Positions 23,664-33,890 of a DNA stretch of 64,000 bases are shown here, in pieces; within the stretch, counting starts at the first letter, position 1; every line of letters begins with the position of its first letter. The position numbers and the translations under genes were made by a program. This DNA is from a virus. The notes beneath the pieces were generated by a model. It did not search any database. It was not told the DNA's origin and saw only the letters and a program-made list of their open reading frames with translations. The stretch lies in the IMG/VR virus record IMGVR_UViG_3300045988_159115; one strand, given 5' to 3'.

Positions 23664-25937
23664 ATGGCAGAAAATGTAAAGTATTCCAATAAGGAAATGC
23701 TGCTTAAGGCCAACGAAGAGTTGCAAGGCTCGAATAGTCTTATCGGCATGACGATGCTGGGTATGCCCCAGTACAACTCCTCCATGCGATCTATTATGTT
23801 TACTTCGCATGAACGCCAGGTCGTGAACTTGCTGAACCCGGATTTTCCGGCAGTATTTACCAATGGCGAAAATGTTGTCGGTCGTTATTCGACTGGCTAT
23901 AAGCAGGCAAAAGGGAACTACGAGGTCGTAGATAAGGTGGTTAAGTATGAAGACATCATCGACCACCCGACAACGTATACCCTTTTCGTCTACGATAAAG
24001 AGAAAAAGTATTATGAGGCGTGGAGTCGTTGCGATTCTGAATCTTTGACCGAAGTCTTCGGTTATGAGTACAATAACGACTACATGGATAGCCTCGAAGT
24101 TGGAGATGAAGTCCCTAAAGGAACCGTAATTAAGAAATCTCGTTCGTATGATGATTCCATGAACTATGGGTACGGTATCAACGTGCCCATCATGTACACT
24201 ACGGAATCCTACACGTCTGAAGATGCTTGCGTTATTTCCCAAAGTCTTCACGACCGGCTTCAGTCCATCGAGATCAATACGGTCTCTATTGGTGTCAACG
24301 ACAATGACTTCCTTCTGAACCTTTATGGCAAAGGAAAGAAGTATAAGCCTTTCCCGGATATCGGTGAGTTCTCTACTGGCGAAGTCGCTGCAAAGCGTAC
24401 TCTTTCGAAAGAGCAGCTTCTCAGTGAGTTCAAGGATGACTCTCTGACTCATTCTGGAGAAAGTGATGTTTCTTACTATAAGAAAGGTCAGGTCGTTGAT
24501 ATCACCGTATACTGCAATAATCCCGATATCGAAGATACTCCGTTTACTCATCAGATTCTCAAATATCTGAAGAGCCAGCGGAAGTACTATCAAGGAATTA
24601 AAGAAGCATGCGAAATGGTTTTTGATTCTGGAGAGAAATACTCGAAGGAAATCAATTATCTCTATAAGCGTGCTATCGAGTTCCTTGATGAAGATAAGCG
24701 TTGGAAAGATCAGGATAGTCTGTTCTCCAACGTGAAAATCGAGATTACCGTCAAGGGTGTTGTGAGAGCAGATATCGGTCAGAAGATTACTGGCCGTTAC
24801 GGTAACAAATCTGTTATCTCTGCTATCCGTCCGGACGATGAAATGCCGTTCTATTACGACGATAATGGCAACAAGGTTACCATTGATCTGCTGTTCAACG
24901 TGCTGGCTATCATCAACCGCACCACAGCATTCCCCATTTTCGAAATCACCATGAACTTCATCTGCAATAAGGTGAGAGCTCAGATGAAGATGAGAAAGAC
25001 TCGGAAAGAGAGGGAAGAACTTCTCTTTGGTATTATTGACGACTTTAACCACAAGCAGCATGACGAAATGAAAGCTGTTTATGACAAGCTGTCCAACAAG
25101 GAGAAGGATGCATATATCCAGCAAGTTATGGACGACCACATCTATATTCATCAGAAGCCGATGTGGGAAGATGAGCCTATCTTCTATCGTCTACTGAAGA
25201 TCTATGAGAAGTACGATTTCTTAACTCCGTACGATATGTACATCAACAAGTTTGGCCGTACTATCAAGATGCTCCATCCCATGTATGCTGGTGAGATGTA
25301 TATTCTGAAGCTGAAGCAGACTTCCCGTAAAGGTTTCTCTGTCCGTAGCACTGGCTCTATCAACACAAAAGGTCTTCCTGAAAGAAGTTACCGCAATAAG
25401 AACTTCACAGAGCTTCGTTCTTCTACTCCGATTCGCTTCGGCGAGTTTGAGACGTTGAACTTCTCTATCGGCATGGATCCGGAAGATATTCAGATTTTCA
25501 ATCTGATGTATCGTGCATCCGCAAAGGGTCGTCGTGATCTTGCAAATGGCCTGATTACTGGTAAAGACCAGTTTAAGGTGAGCAAGACTTACACTTCTCG
25601 TGTGAACGAGATATTTGCCGTATACCTGAAGAGTCTCGGTATTGAAGTTGACTTCATCGACGATGGCGACTCTATCCGTGAATATGATGATCGTCATATC
25701 AAGATCGAAACCATTGACGATCAGGATTACATGGGTACCGAGTATGATCTGATGCTGGTAAAGCGCAAGAAAGCTGTCGAGAAAGAAGTTCTTGCAAAAG
25801 AAGGCATCATTGATGCCGACAAGTTTAAGCAAATCGTTATGGAAGAGCTTAAGACAAACAGCTATGTGGTTGGCCCGGATAAGTCGGAGTATGATACGAC
25901 TCCTGCTTTCCAGGACGATACCGACCACATGAATTAA
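23664..25937 (+). CDS. multisubunit RNA polymerase beta subunit, C-terminal half
   Basis: [21 protein letters not shown] aligns to [27 protein letters not shown] to [24 protein letters not shown] to GDKMAGRHGNKGVIS, and [21 protein letters not shown]...[11 protein letters not shown] to [20 protein letters not shown]...QRFGEMEVWAL. ATG lies 7 nt after GGAGG. Confidence 0.85.
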   Translation: [757 protein letters not shown]

Positions 25938-25942
25938 CCGAT

Positions 25943-25990
25943 AAAAATCCACAGAGGGATTCTATTATGAGTCTCTCTGTGGATTTTTTT
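25943..25990. terminator. bidirectional terminator
   Basis: AAAAATCCACAGAG / CTCTGTGGATTTTT between convergent genes. Confidence 0.8.
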
Positions 25991-27215
25991 ATAAGGTTTC
26001 CTTCTTTTTTTGCTGAAGGAAATCATTTGTGACGGTTTTAATGATATAAAGTAAAATGGGAGTGAAGAAGAAGACTTCTTCATTTGCGTCAAGCTTAAGA
26101 AGTTCTTCATTCAGCTCAAGAGGAATGTCATAGATGGTAATTTCTTCCCCACGTACAAATCTCTGCATGAGATCAACGTACGGAGAAATCTCAGGACCAT
26201 TCATCTTGAAGTTCGCAACGATCCGATTCGGAAGAAGTTCATTGGGAGCTTTTTGATCAAAAATAGGTTTCTCAGGAACTTCGACGTAGAGAATAGAATC
26301 ATCCTGCCAATAATAGAAAGCAGAATCTTTCTTATTGGTACCAGGATAGAGATAGTATTTGAAATTTGAAATAGTCTTCAAATCTCTTCGTTCAAAGAAC
26401 CGATAAATACTTCTCTCGTATTTGATTTTTCTCTTCGGATCAGTAAACATCTCACTGAGAAGTGTTGTCTGATAGCTATCCTCTCTTGTAAGTAGCTTGT
26501 GCTTATTCATAAACACAGCTTGCAGAGGATCATAGATTTTCATGCCAACTGCTGTCTCACCAAGGAAGCAATTATATCGACCACTATAGAAGATTGCTTT
26601 ATAGGTTTCTACCATATCAGAATATAAAGCATTCACCTTCTGAAGCTGCTCGAAATAGCTTTCCTCGATGATGCAGTTATTCGTACTTCCTACATTCTGT
26701 AAGATACAAGTAAATTTCTCATTTACCTGATTATTGATATCTTCCAGAACCTCATTTTCAAGAGATTCAATACGGTAAGTAATCTTATAGAAATTATCAG
26801 GTCTAATCGTATCATAATCGACCTGAGTAACTCTGAATAAGAAAACTCCCTTTACATGATTTACAGTAAAGAAATCATTCTGAAGAGGTTTGACTGTATT
26901 CGGAAGAAGAATAGCATCTCCAGAATATTCTGTATCAAGACCTTGATCAGTATCCTGAAGATTCAGCTGCACGGAATCAAAACCATACAGAGGAAGATTC
27001 TCAATCTTTTTATATTTGATAGGAGAATCTTTACCCCAAAGAGCATTCACATCTTTAAAACCACCATCTGTTGTGGTTTCATCTGAATCAACGTGATAGT
27101 ATGTGACAAAAACAGGCGACTTATCAAGAAAACGCGTCACTTGAGAATTAAGTCTATTCTCAAACTTGAACGCATTATCATCGACAAATTTTTGCTCATT
27201 GATTAAAAATGCCAT
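25989..27215 (-). CDS. hypothetical protein (possibly virion structural)
   Basis: GAAAGGAGAG SD. No motif recognised. Confidence 0.7.
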   Translation of the reverse strand: MAFLINEQKFVDDNAFKFENRLNSQVTRFLDKSPVFVTYYHVDSDETTTDGGFKDVNALWGKDSPIKYKKIENLPLYGFDSVQLNLQDTDQGLDTEYSGDAILLPNTVKPLQNDFFTVNHVKGVFLFRVTQVDYDTIRPDNFYKITYRIESLENEVLEDINNQVNEKFTCILQNVGSTNNCIIEESYFEQLQKVNALYSDMVETYKAIFYSGRYNCFLGETAVGMKIYDPLQAVFMNKHKLLTREDSYQTTLLSEMFTDPKRKIKYERSIYRFFERRDLKTISNFKYYLYPGTNKKDSAFYYWQDDSILYVEVPEKPIFDQKAPNELLPNRIVANFKMNGPEISPYVDLMQRFVRGEEITIYDIPLELNEELLKLDANEEVFFFTPILLYIIKTVTNDFLQQKKKETL

Positions 27216-27272
27216 TGTAATCTCTCCTTTCTTTTATAATAAAGGCTTACTCTACTGTCTTTTACGATAAAT

Positions 27273-27311
27273 GAAGTGCTATGGAAGAAAATCAATTCTC
27301 CATAGCACTTC
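27273..27311 (-). other. 13-bp hairpin after 27316 gene
   Basis: GAAGTGCTATGGA / TCCATAGCACTTC with no clear U-run. Confidence 0.4.
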
Positions 27312-27315
27312 AAAT

Positions 27316-27558
27316 TTATTTATCTTTCTTGATAAGATTCATACTTACATCAAGTTTTGTCTGTGGATCAAGTTGTACGCTTGTCCAAGCTGTTGTGAAT
27401 GCAAGACGTTTTGCTTCTTCGCCATATCGAATCAATGCGTCTTTAAGATTCGTACAGCCAAGCCACATTCCGTCCAGTGTAGGAATAATGGCGAATTCAT
27501 CTTGTTCTTTCTGTGCGAGTGTTCCCATAAAGCCATTGATATTATCTTTATACACCAT
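27316..27558 (-). CDS. hypothetical small protein
   Basis: ORF in the track. AAAGGA lies 12 nt upstream. Confidence 0.6.
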   Translation of the reverse strand: MVYKDNINGFMGTLAQKEQDEFAIIPTLDGMWLGCTNLKDALIRYGEEAKRLAFTTAWTSVQLDPQTKLDVSMNLIKKDK

Positions 27559-27574
27559 CGTGATATAATATCCT

Positions 27575-27880
27575 TTATTTTTTATGGCAATACTCGTTAA
27601 GGTACAGAATCAAGATTCGATCAAAGAACTGAGTCCTCGTAATTAAACGAAGCTTTTTATCCGTGACTTCCTCCATATGAGCAAACCACGCATCCAATCT
27701 CTGAGATAGATTGAAATCATAAAGAGAATTTTGGTATCCATCAATCCCTTCAAATTTTGGAATATCTGAAGTGATAGAACTAATTTTCTCATTCTCGCAT
27801 TCATAGATTTTGTTTTTGAGATATTCAATCGCCCGATCTTTCATATTATTCTCTCTCACTAACTCATCTATTGCTCCCAT
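27575..27880 (-). CDS. hypothetical small protein
   Basis: TAGGAGG SD. Confidence 0.7.
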   Translation of the reverse strand: MGAIDELVRENNMKDRAIEYLKNKIYECENEKISSITSDIPKFEGIDGYQNSLYDFNLSQRLDAWFAHMEEVTDKKLRLITRTQFFDRILILYLNEYCHKK

Positions 27881-27951
27881 ATCATTGCCTCCTATCTAAA
27901 TTTAGTATAGAGTAATTTTTATCATAGATTTCTAAATGACATTTGGTTGAT

Positions 27952-27960
27952 ATGTTATAA
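27952..27960 (+). promoter_or_regulatory. extended -10 promoter TGTTATAAT
   Basis: TG-n-TATAAT lies 53 nt upstream of ATG 28013, at the start of a plus-strand block. Confidence 0.5.
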
Positions 27961-28012
27961 TAGTGAGACATCTGAAAGGTTTCTCAATAAAAAAGAAAGG
28001 AAGTGAAATAAT

Positions 28013-28216
28013 ATGAAAGTAGAATCAGTTCTATTAAAAATTACGGATGGCACATTCGGTGGTTTACTACAGCCGATGATTCAATGCGATTGCGGAGCGC
28101 TCCATGGTCCATTAATTACTGGAATGCGATGCGAACGCTGTGGAAAAGCGGCTACACCTGTTTATGTGGATATCGAAGTAAGAGAGGTTGATCCAAATGA
28201 AGTATCAGAAGGCTGA
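28013..28216 (+). CDS. small zinc-ribbon protein
   Basis: CDC...MRCERCG Cys pairs. AAAGGAAG SD. Confidence 0.6.
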   Translation: MKVESVLLKITDGTFGGLLQPMIQCDCGALHGPLITGMRCERCGKAATPVYVDIEVREVDPNEVSEG

Positions 28217-28709
28217 AATTTATACGGATGGCGCAGCAAAAAAGAATCCTGTTGGCCCTGGAGGATATGCAGCAATTGTGAAGCTGTATAATGACGATGA
28301 CTCCATTTTGTCCATCGAAGAGTTTGCTGGTGGCCATCCGAGAACCAGCAATAATCGTATGGAACTCATGGGAGTTATCGTAGGTCTTGAAGCTCTCGAG
28401 CATCCGTCCGAGGTCACCGTTGTATCAGATTCGTCTTATGTGGTCAATGCATTTCGTCAGAAGTGGGTTGATAAGTGGCTTTCCAATGGATGGAAAACTG
28501 CCGGAGGCGGCGCTGTAAAGAATCAGGATCTTTGGGAGCGACTCTTAGAAGCAAAGTCACATCATAAAGTTACTTTTAGCTGGGTGAAAGGACATGCTGG
28601 TCAAGCTGAAAATGAGCGGTGTGACTTCTTAGCATCCACGATGTGCGACCCCTTCAACCATCTTGTGAAAGAGGGCAAACTCTACGTTGAAAAGACTGAA
28701 AAAGAATAA
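28197..28709 (+). CDS. rnhA: ribonuclease HI
   Basis: EIYTDGAAKKNPVGPGGYAA, TSNNRMELMGVI, VVSDSSYV and WVKGHAGQAENERCDFLA are the canonical RNase H1 catalytic motifs (D-E-D-D). Confidence 0.85.
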   Translation: MKYQKAEIYTDGAAKKNPVGPGGYAAIVKLYNDDDSILSIEEFAGGHPRTSNNRMELMGVIVGLEALEHPSEVTVVSDSSYVVNAFRQKWVDKWLSNGWKTAGGGAVKNQDLWERLLEAKSHHKVTFSWVKGHAGQAENERCDFLASTMCDPFNHLVKEGKLYVEKTEKE

Positions 28710-28781
28710 TCATTCTGACAGACAGGTAATTCGCATATTCAAGACCTATGCGAAAGAAACCCAATATGGAGGTTGCGCAAT

Positions 28782-30194
28782 ATGGCTAAAAATCACAAGC
28801 AACATACAGTTCGCGTGAGACGCATCAACTGGGATGTTGAGTACCTTAAAGACATCATTACGAATAATGGCTTCACCATTACGGAGCCCGCAGTCGTCAA
28901 GCTTGACGATACCAAGCAGAAGAGCCTCTATGGTGCACGGTCGATTCTGTACGGCACAAACTACGAAGATGAGAACGCGTTCATTGAGCGCTATCGTTGT
29001 CAGTGTGGCGAGTTCAAGGGTAAGCTGTTTGAGGGCGAGACTTGCCCTCTCTGTGGAACCAAGGTTGAATATCAGGGAACCAATATTGAGTTCACCGGTT
29101 GGATTAGTCTTGGTGGTAACTACATCCTCAATCCTTTCTATTATCAGAAGCTCGCTTCTTGTATGAAGAAAGGCATGCTGGATTCCATCATCAACGATAA
29201 GTATCAGGTTGATGTAAACGGTAATCGTACCCGTTTCATTGATCCCGATGAACAGGCTGCAACTGGCGGATTTGCTGGCATTGGCCTCGTGGAATTTCGG
29301 GAGCATTTTGAGGAGATTATCGAGTTCGCAAAGATGAAGAAGAAAGGAAAAGCGGATGAGCTGGATCGGCTTCTTGCTGAAAAGAGTTCGGTCTTTACTT
29401 CTCATATTCCTATCTATTCTACGCTTCTTCGTCCTCAGAGTGCAACTACCGACACCTATTACTTCAACACGATCGACAAGCACGTGAATCCTCTGTTTAC
29501 TTTGTCTGAAAAGTTAAAAGGAAGCACAGAGATTGATCGTGCTCTCATCCTGTCTCGCATTCAGTATCGTGTCAATAAGCTTTGGGCAACGAACTTCGAA
29601 TTTATCACCGGTAAGGATGGATGGATTCGTGGTCAGATTCTTGGCGGCGCGTTGAACTATACTTCTCGTAACGTCATTATTCCGAACCCGGAACTTCGTG
29701 ACTCTGAAGTGGATCTTTCCTACAACACCTTCCTTGAGCTGTTTAAGTTTAAGATCATCCACTATCTGATGGTGATGGATGATATCTCTCTGACACAGGC
29801 TTGGCAGGAATATCAGGATGCATATAAGTTCAATCCGCACATCTATGAGGTGATGAACTTCATCATTGCAAAAGAGCAGCCGAGGATCCTTATCAACCGT
29901 AACCCGACCTTGAACTACTACAGCATCTTGCTGATGAAAGTTCGTAAGGTAAAGCAGGACGTGACTGATTTTACACTCTCGGTTCCGCTGTCTGTCCTTC
30001 CTGGTTTGAATGCAGACTTCGATGGCGATATTTTGAATATCATCGGCATCATGAATAAGGAACTTGAGCATGCGTTCCGGAAGTTCGACCCTGTTACTCG
30101 TATGATTATCTCTCGTGATAGCGGATTGCTGAATCCGTACTTCATGATTGAGAAGTCCCAGATGATTGATTTCTATAACTTCTGCACGTTATAA
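28782..30194 (+). CDS. multisubunit RNA polymerase beta' subunit, N-terminal fragment (set 1)
   Basis: Zn-ribbon CQCGEFKGKLFEGETCPLCG. Exact catalytic loop NADFDGD (PGLNADFDGDILNI). Ends ~60 aa after the loop, as in split phage beta' genes. Confidence 0.85.
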   Translation: MAKNHKQHTVRVRRINWDVEYLKDIITNNGFTITEPAVVKLDDTKQKSLYGARSILYGTNYEDENAFIERYRCQCGEFKGKLFEGETCPLCGTKVEYQGTNIEFTGWISLGGNYILNPFYYQKLASCMKKGMLDSIINDKYQVDVNGNRTRFIDPDEQAATGGFAGIGLVEFREHFEEIIEFAKMKKKGKADELDRLLAEKSSVFTSHIPIYSTLLRPQSATTDTYYFNTIDKHVNPLFTLSEKLKGSTEIDRALILSRIQYRVNKLWATNFEFITGKDGWIRGQILGGALNYTSRNVIIPNPELRDSEVDLSYNTFLELFKFKIIHYLMVMDDISLTQAWQEYQDAYKFNPHIYEVMNFIIAKEQPRILINRNPTLNYYSILLMKVRKVKQDVTDFTLSVPLSVLPGLNADFDGDILNIIGIMNKELEHAFRKFDPVTRMIISRDSGLLNPYFMIEKSQMIDFYNFCTL

Positions 30195-30201
30195 ACACAA
30201 T

Positions 30202-30253
30202 ATCCACTCGTTAGAAATCCTAGATTAGAGTCTAACGAGTGGATTCTTTTTTT
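30202..30253 (+). terminator. rho-independent terminator
   Basis: ATCCACTCGTTAGA / TCTAACGAGTGGAT followed by TCTTTTTTT. Confidence 0.85.
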
Positions 30254-30270
30254 GTAGAAAGGAGCAATAT

Positions 30271-31266
30271 ATGCCTCATACCATTCTTGATTGTGACGGT
30301 ACACAAGTAAATCTTCATTATATTGATGGAGAACTTCCGGACGAGCAATATCCTTTTGCATTGGCATGGCCGAATAATGAGCGCTTTGCTAGTGAAATGG
30401 TTGAAGTAGCTGAGCGGATGTATCATTCAGAGAGTAAGGAAGATCAAGAGATTATAGATTCTCCTGGCCTTCATCTCATGGTTGATGTCATATATCCGAA
30501 GCGTGATCCGTTTATGGTTCAAACGACGAAAAACATCATATATTCCATCATGTGTAGTAATCGAGCGGATGACCCATACTTTAGTATTCGCAGAAATTTC
30601 ATTGCTTACATGAAGGAACTTGACAAGAAAGAGTATAAGGTTATTGGATGCGTTATCTTTATTTCTCGCAAAAATTTCACGTTCGTTATCAATAACGATA
30701 AGACATTTAGCGGTTATGCTATCCCTTTTCTTGAGAATGATGTTGCTGATAAAAATAATGCAGAAAATAACCTATACAACGCTCGTGGCATGTATGTGAT
30801 GAAATCATCTCCTGAATGCTATAATATGAGCTTGATGGTCTCAGTAGATTCTCCTGAAATGAGACTGGAGAAATTCAAAGCATTCCGAGATTCTGTATAT
30901 ATGATCCGTGAGAAATACTATATTCCCAAAGATAGATTCTTTATCGGTGTTTTTACATCATATCCGAAGAATCTTGCATTTGATGATGGTCACACCTTCA
31001 ATGATATCGACTTAAATAATCTCATTTGTAATATCACGGAATGCGACAACAACGATGTTTATGGCTCTATCTATAATATCGTGCACGAATCTTTTGATAT
31101 CGAAGATAAGAAAATTGAGCCAAATCGAACGCATTTCATTCATCTTAATGTCATCAATACTGAGTCTATCATCATTACGTATGATAGAAAGACAATCGGT
31201 ATCTATTCTGCACAGCATAATTGGAGAGAAGGAGTCAAGAAAAATATTCCAAATGATTATATCTAA
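30271..31266 (+). CDS. hypothetical protein
   Basis: AAAGGAG SD. Confidence 0.7.
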   Translation: MPHTILDCDGTQVNLHYIDGELPDEQYPFALAWPNNERFASEMVEVAERMYHSESKEDQEIIDSPGLHLMVDVIYPKRDPFMVQTTKNIIYSIMCSNRADDPYFSIRRNFIAYMKELDKKEYKVIGCVIFISRKNFTFVINNDKTFSGYAIPFLENDVADKNNAENNLYNARGMYVMKSSPECYNMSLMVSVDSPEMRLEKFKAFRDSVYMIREKYYIPKDRFFIGVFTSYPKNLAFDDGHTFNDIDLNNLICNITECDNNDVYGSIYNIVHESFDIEDKKIEPNRTHFIHLNVINTESIIITYDRKTIGIYSAQHNWREGVKKNIPNDYI

Positions 31267-31276
31267 TCAATCAAAA

Positions 31277-31295
31277 CTTAAATGATATATTATAC
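31277..31295 (+). promoter_or_regulatory. AT-rich promoter-like motif CTTAAATGATATATTATAC
   Basis: Exact core, 73 nt upstream of ATG 31368. It is followed by an extended -10-like TGGTATAAT at 31310-31318 and can pair with it. Confidence 0.55.
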
Positions 31296-31367
31296 CCATG
31301 AAGAAAGGATGGTATAATATATAATCTACCCGTATATTCCAAGTAAAAAATCTAGGAGGAAATTAAA

Positions 31368-32003
31368 ATGGATAAGGAAAATACAGCTGAAACCAAGAGA
31401 ATTGAGCGGACTTCTCAGCTCTCTGAAGGATCCATTCTGCTTACCAGCAATATTAAGTTTGTCATTAACGGAGGCCATTATCTGATTGGTACAGATGGCC
31501 AGATGAAGTCCGACAGGCGGATTGATACTAATGACCTGACGAAGTTACCTAGTAGATTAAAGGCGTATTCCAGCATCATTCGTGATCTGACATCTGGTCA
31601 TCTTGTCAATAAGGTTCAGCCTTTCTATCGGACGTTCATTTTCGTCAACAACAGCAACGAAACCTTCAAAACGTTCGTCATGATCGACAGTGGTTTCGGT
31701 GATTTTGATGATCGTCACTATGATTCGATCAGTATGCTTGCTGAATATCTCGGCTCGGATTCCGGTAAAGCAGAATCCTTCGTTAATAATATTACATCCG
31801 GTGGAGTATTTCATGATGAGGTCGTCTGTTCTTTGAAAACTGGATTTGGTACATACGAAAAGGTACCTGAAGAAACTCGGCATCTTATCTTCACTGCCAG
31901 TGATAGAAATTACTCGTACGCCGATTTCGATCCAAATGACATTTACGGCTTTAAGAGTGAATATGAGTGGGCTTGGGATAGCCACACTGATAAAGCGGAG
32001 TAA
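31368..32003 (+). CDS. hypothetical protein, paralog family A
   Basis: MLAEYLGSDSGKAESFVNNITSGGVFHDEVV aligns with LTAYLGSDVNDWIVFAEQIKSGKPFEGTVY (32129) and IKAYLGDDPEKWNEFAKMIKTETMPFEGIVY (33967). Confidence 0.75.
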   Translation: MDKENTAETKRIERTSQLSEGSILLTSNIKFVINGGHYLIGTDGQMKSDRRIDTNDLTKLPSRLKAYSSIIRDLTSGHLVNKVQPFYRTFIFVNNSNETFKTFVMIDSGFGDFDDRHYDSISMLAEYLGSDSGKAESFVNNITSGGVFHDEVVCSLKTGFGTYEKVPEETRHLIFTASDRNYSYADFDPNDIYGFKSEYEWAWDSHTDKAE

Positions 32004-32025
32004 GATATTCAATCACAAATTATAG

Positions 32026-32038
32026 TTATATATTATAT
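32026..32038 (+). promoter_or_regulatory. AT-rich promoter-like motif, variant TTATATATTATAT
   Basis: Upstream of ATG 32129, followed by a start-stop element. Confidence 0.4.
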
Positions 32039-32046
32039 CAGTAGAA

Positions 32047-32070
32047 GGAGGTGGAAATACTATGTAGAAT
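32047..32070 (+). promoter_or_regulatory. SD + AUG-UAG start-stop element / TGTAGAAT extended -10-like box
   Basis: GGAGGTG-N8-ATGTAGAAT. Confidence 0.5.
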
Positions 32071-32128
32071 CCACTATTTTAGCAGCCAATGAAAAGAAAC
32101 CGAAATTTCAAAGAGAAAGGAAAAGAAA

Positions 32129-32797
32129 ATGGAATATTCTATCAAACCAGATGCTGAGCACATGATCGTTACTCATTGCGAGCTCGTTTTTATGACTCCC
32201 AACGGAAAGCATATGTACAGCATCTTTGGTGACGGTGTTCGTCCGGACGATTATCTCGTTTGGTCGGTTGGTGTTAAGCACATGAAGTATCAGGAGGAGA
32301 TCGAGAAGTTCTTGAAAGAGAACGACTGCATTGACACCACTTTCAAGTGCCACAGGTTCTACATGACGGACAGTGATTCCGAAAAGGGAACCAACAACTG
32401 CTATCCGTTCATCATGAACGCTGTGACTGGCGAGCATGGAAGCATCTATCAGCCGAGCCTCTTCACGATCCTGACCGCATATCTCGGGTCTGATGTGAAC
32501 GACTGGATCGTCTTTGCTGAGCAGATCAAGAGTGGCAAGCCGTTTGAAGGTACTGTATACTTCCTTCACAATACCACCGTTGAGGGTGAGACGGAATACG
32601 CTTATGACAAGAGTCGCTGGCGTAACGACTATCACCTTCAGTTCCTTCCTTACGATATGAACAGCACGTTTTCTAATCCGATGCCGACTCATATCTATCG
32701 GAACAGCAAAGACACCGTCCGCCCCTACTACAACGAGAACTACAACACGAAGCTGATCGAAAAGAAAAAGAAAATGGAGGAAAAGAAAAATGGGTAA
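32129..32797 (+). CDS. hypothetical protein, paralog family A
   Basis: See 31368. GC-richer coding. Confidence 0.75.
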   Translation: MEYSIKPDAEHMIVTHCELVFMTPNGKHMYSIFGDGVRPDDYLVWSVGVKHMKYQEEIEKFLKENDCIDTTFKCHRFYMTDSDSEKGTNNCYPFIMNAVTGEHGSIYQPSLFTILTAYLGSDVNDWIVFAEQIKSGKPFEGTVYFLHNTTVEGETEYAYDKSRWRNDYHLQFLPYDMNSTFSNPMPTHIYRNSKDTVRPYYNENYNTKLIEKKKKMEEKKNG

Positions 32798-33377
32798 GCA
32801 CGATAATAAGAAGGCCACATACATTCAGGTGAAGTACAGCAAGAAGAAGGGCTACAGCCTGGCGTTCGGTGATCACAAGTTGACCGAAGATGGCCCTTAC
32901 AGCGAGTTCAAGAACGATGTCTTCTGCTCGCGGTCCTATTTCTTCAGCGAGAAGGAAACCGGCCGTGCTGCATCCATCATCCTTCGTGGATTTGATGGTT
33001 ACAAGAGGAAGAACCTTGAGCTCGATTACGTGTTCAATATGATCGACGTCATTGATCCCATGTTCAGCTGCGTATCCTGCATCATGGATAGCATCAAGGC
33101 CGGTATCGAGAACAACGATGTTTCGGCAGTTGTCACCGTTTGCGTTGACATTTTCAGCGATCGTGTTGAGATCTCTGACAGCTTGGAAAACAGCGATAAG
33201 ATCGTTGTCAAAAGCGATCTCATCATGAAATCCAAGAAGAAGCGCGAAAAGGCTGCTCTGAAGGAAGCAGTCGCAAACACCATTGAGCAGAATGCTCAGT
33301 CCAACTATCAGGCTGCACCGGCTAATCCGATGGGTGACGCCGTTCTGCTCGCAGAAGGCTACAAATCCGGTATGTAA
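32790..33377 (+). CDS. hypothetical protein
   Basis: GGAGGAAAAG SD. 8-nt overlap with the upstream gene. Confidence 0.7.
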   Translation: MGKHDNKKATYIQVKYSKKKGYSLAFGDHKLTEDGPYSEFKNDVFCSRSYFFSEKETGRAASIILRGFDGYKRKNLELDYVFNMIDVIDPMFSCVSCIMDSIKAGIENNDVSAVVTVCVDIFSDRVEISDSLENSDKIVVKSDLIMKSKKKREKAALKEAVANTIEQNAQSNYQAAPANPMGDAVLLAEGYKSGM

Positions 33378-33396
33378 TTTAAGGAGGAAATGAAAA

Positions 33397-33876
33397 ATGG
33401 GTAAAAAGATTGAGATCAAGAACTTAGGATATGAGGTGGTTCACAAGAGCCACCAGATCGACCGCATCGGCGGAAACAACATCATGACGATGTTCAACGT
33501 CCGCGCAACGGATGTGTATGTCCTGATGCCCTATGGCCGTGTGAGCAACGTTGCTCCGTTCGCAACCACCGTCACGATCACCGATGTGATCTCTTGTTCC
33601 ACCGACACCGAGGTCAAGAGTGTCAAGCGCAAGCTCCAGCCGCTGCTGAATCGTATTGACTTCAGCAGCATCCCCATTGATGAGATCGTATCTCTCTACA
33701 TCGACCTTCACAAGAAGGATGATCAGGGTGGTGCAACTCCTATGGCTCATATCCAGTACGTTGCTCGTACGGATATGACCGTTGCCGATGTCCCCCTGAA
33801 GCCGAAGTTCGATGACGATATCGTCCAGAAGGCAAAGAAGGGCAAAAAGAAGGATAAGAAGAAGAGCAAGAAGTAA
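33397..33876 (+). CDS. hypothetical protein with poly-Lys C-tail
   Basis: AAGGAGGA SD. Ends KAKKGKKKDKKKSKK. Confidence 0.7.
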   Translation: MGKKIEIKNLGYEVVHKSHQIDRIGGNNIMTMFNVRATDVYVLMPYGRVSNVAPFATTVTITDVISCSTDTEVKSVKRKLQPLLNRIDFSSIPIDEIVSLYIDLHKKDDQGGATPMAHIQYVARTDMTVADVPLKPKFDDDIVQKAKKGKKKDKKKSKK

Positions 33877-33890
33877 TTTCTATGCTCCGA

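Noticed and set aside
23520-25952. Minus-strand ORFs 23520-25151 (543 aa) and 25221-25952 (243 aa).
   Set aside because: They run antisense to the RNAP beta C-half, whose plus-strand translation carries multiple canonical RpoB motifs.
27561-27573. A perfect extended -10 (TGATATAATATCC) on the plus strand between two minus-strand genes.
   Set aside because: It would drive only antisense transcription, and it overlaps the SD-spacer of gene 27316-27558. It is probably a chance match in AT-rich DNA, so I did not count it as a motif instance.
28013-28709. Programmed frameshift fusing the Zn-ribbon ORF (28013-28216) to RNase HI.
   Set aside because: I saw no slippery heptamer, and RNase HI has its own ATG and SD-like GAGAGG. 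The overlap is more simply translational coupling.
28746-30071. Minus-strand ORFs 28746-29483 and 29514-30071.
   Set aside because: They run antisense to the beta' N-fragment, which has the NADFDGD loop and the Zn ribbon on the plus strand.
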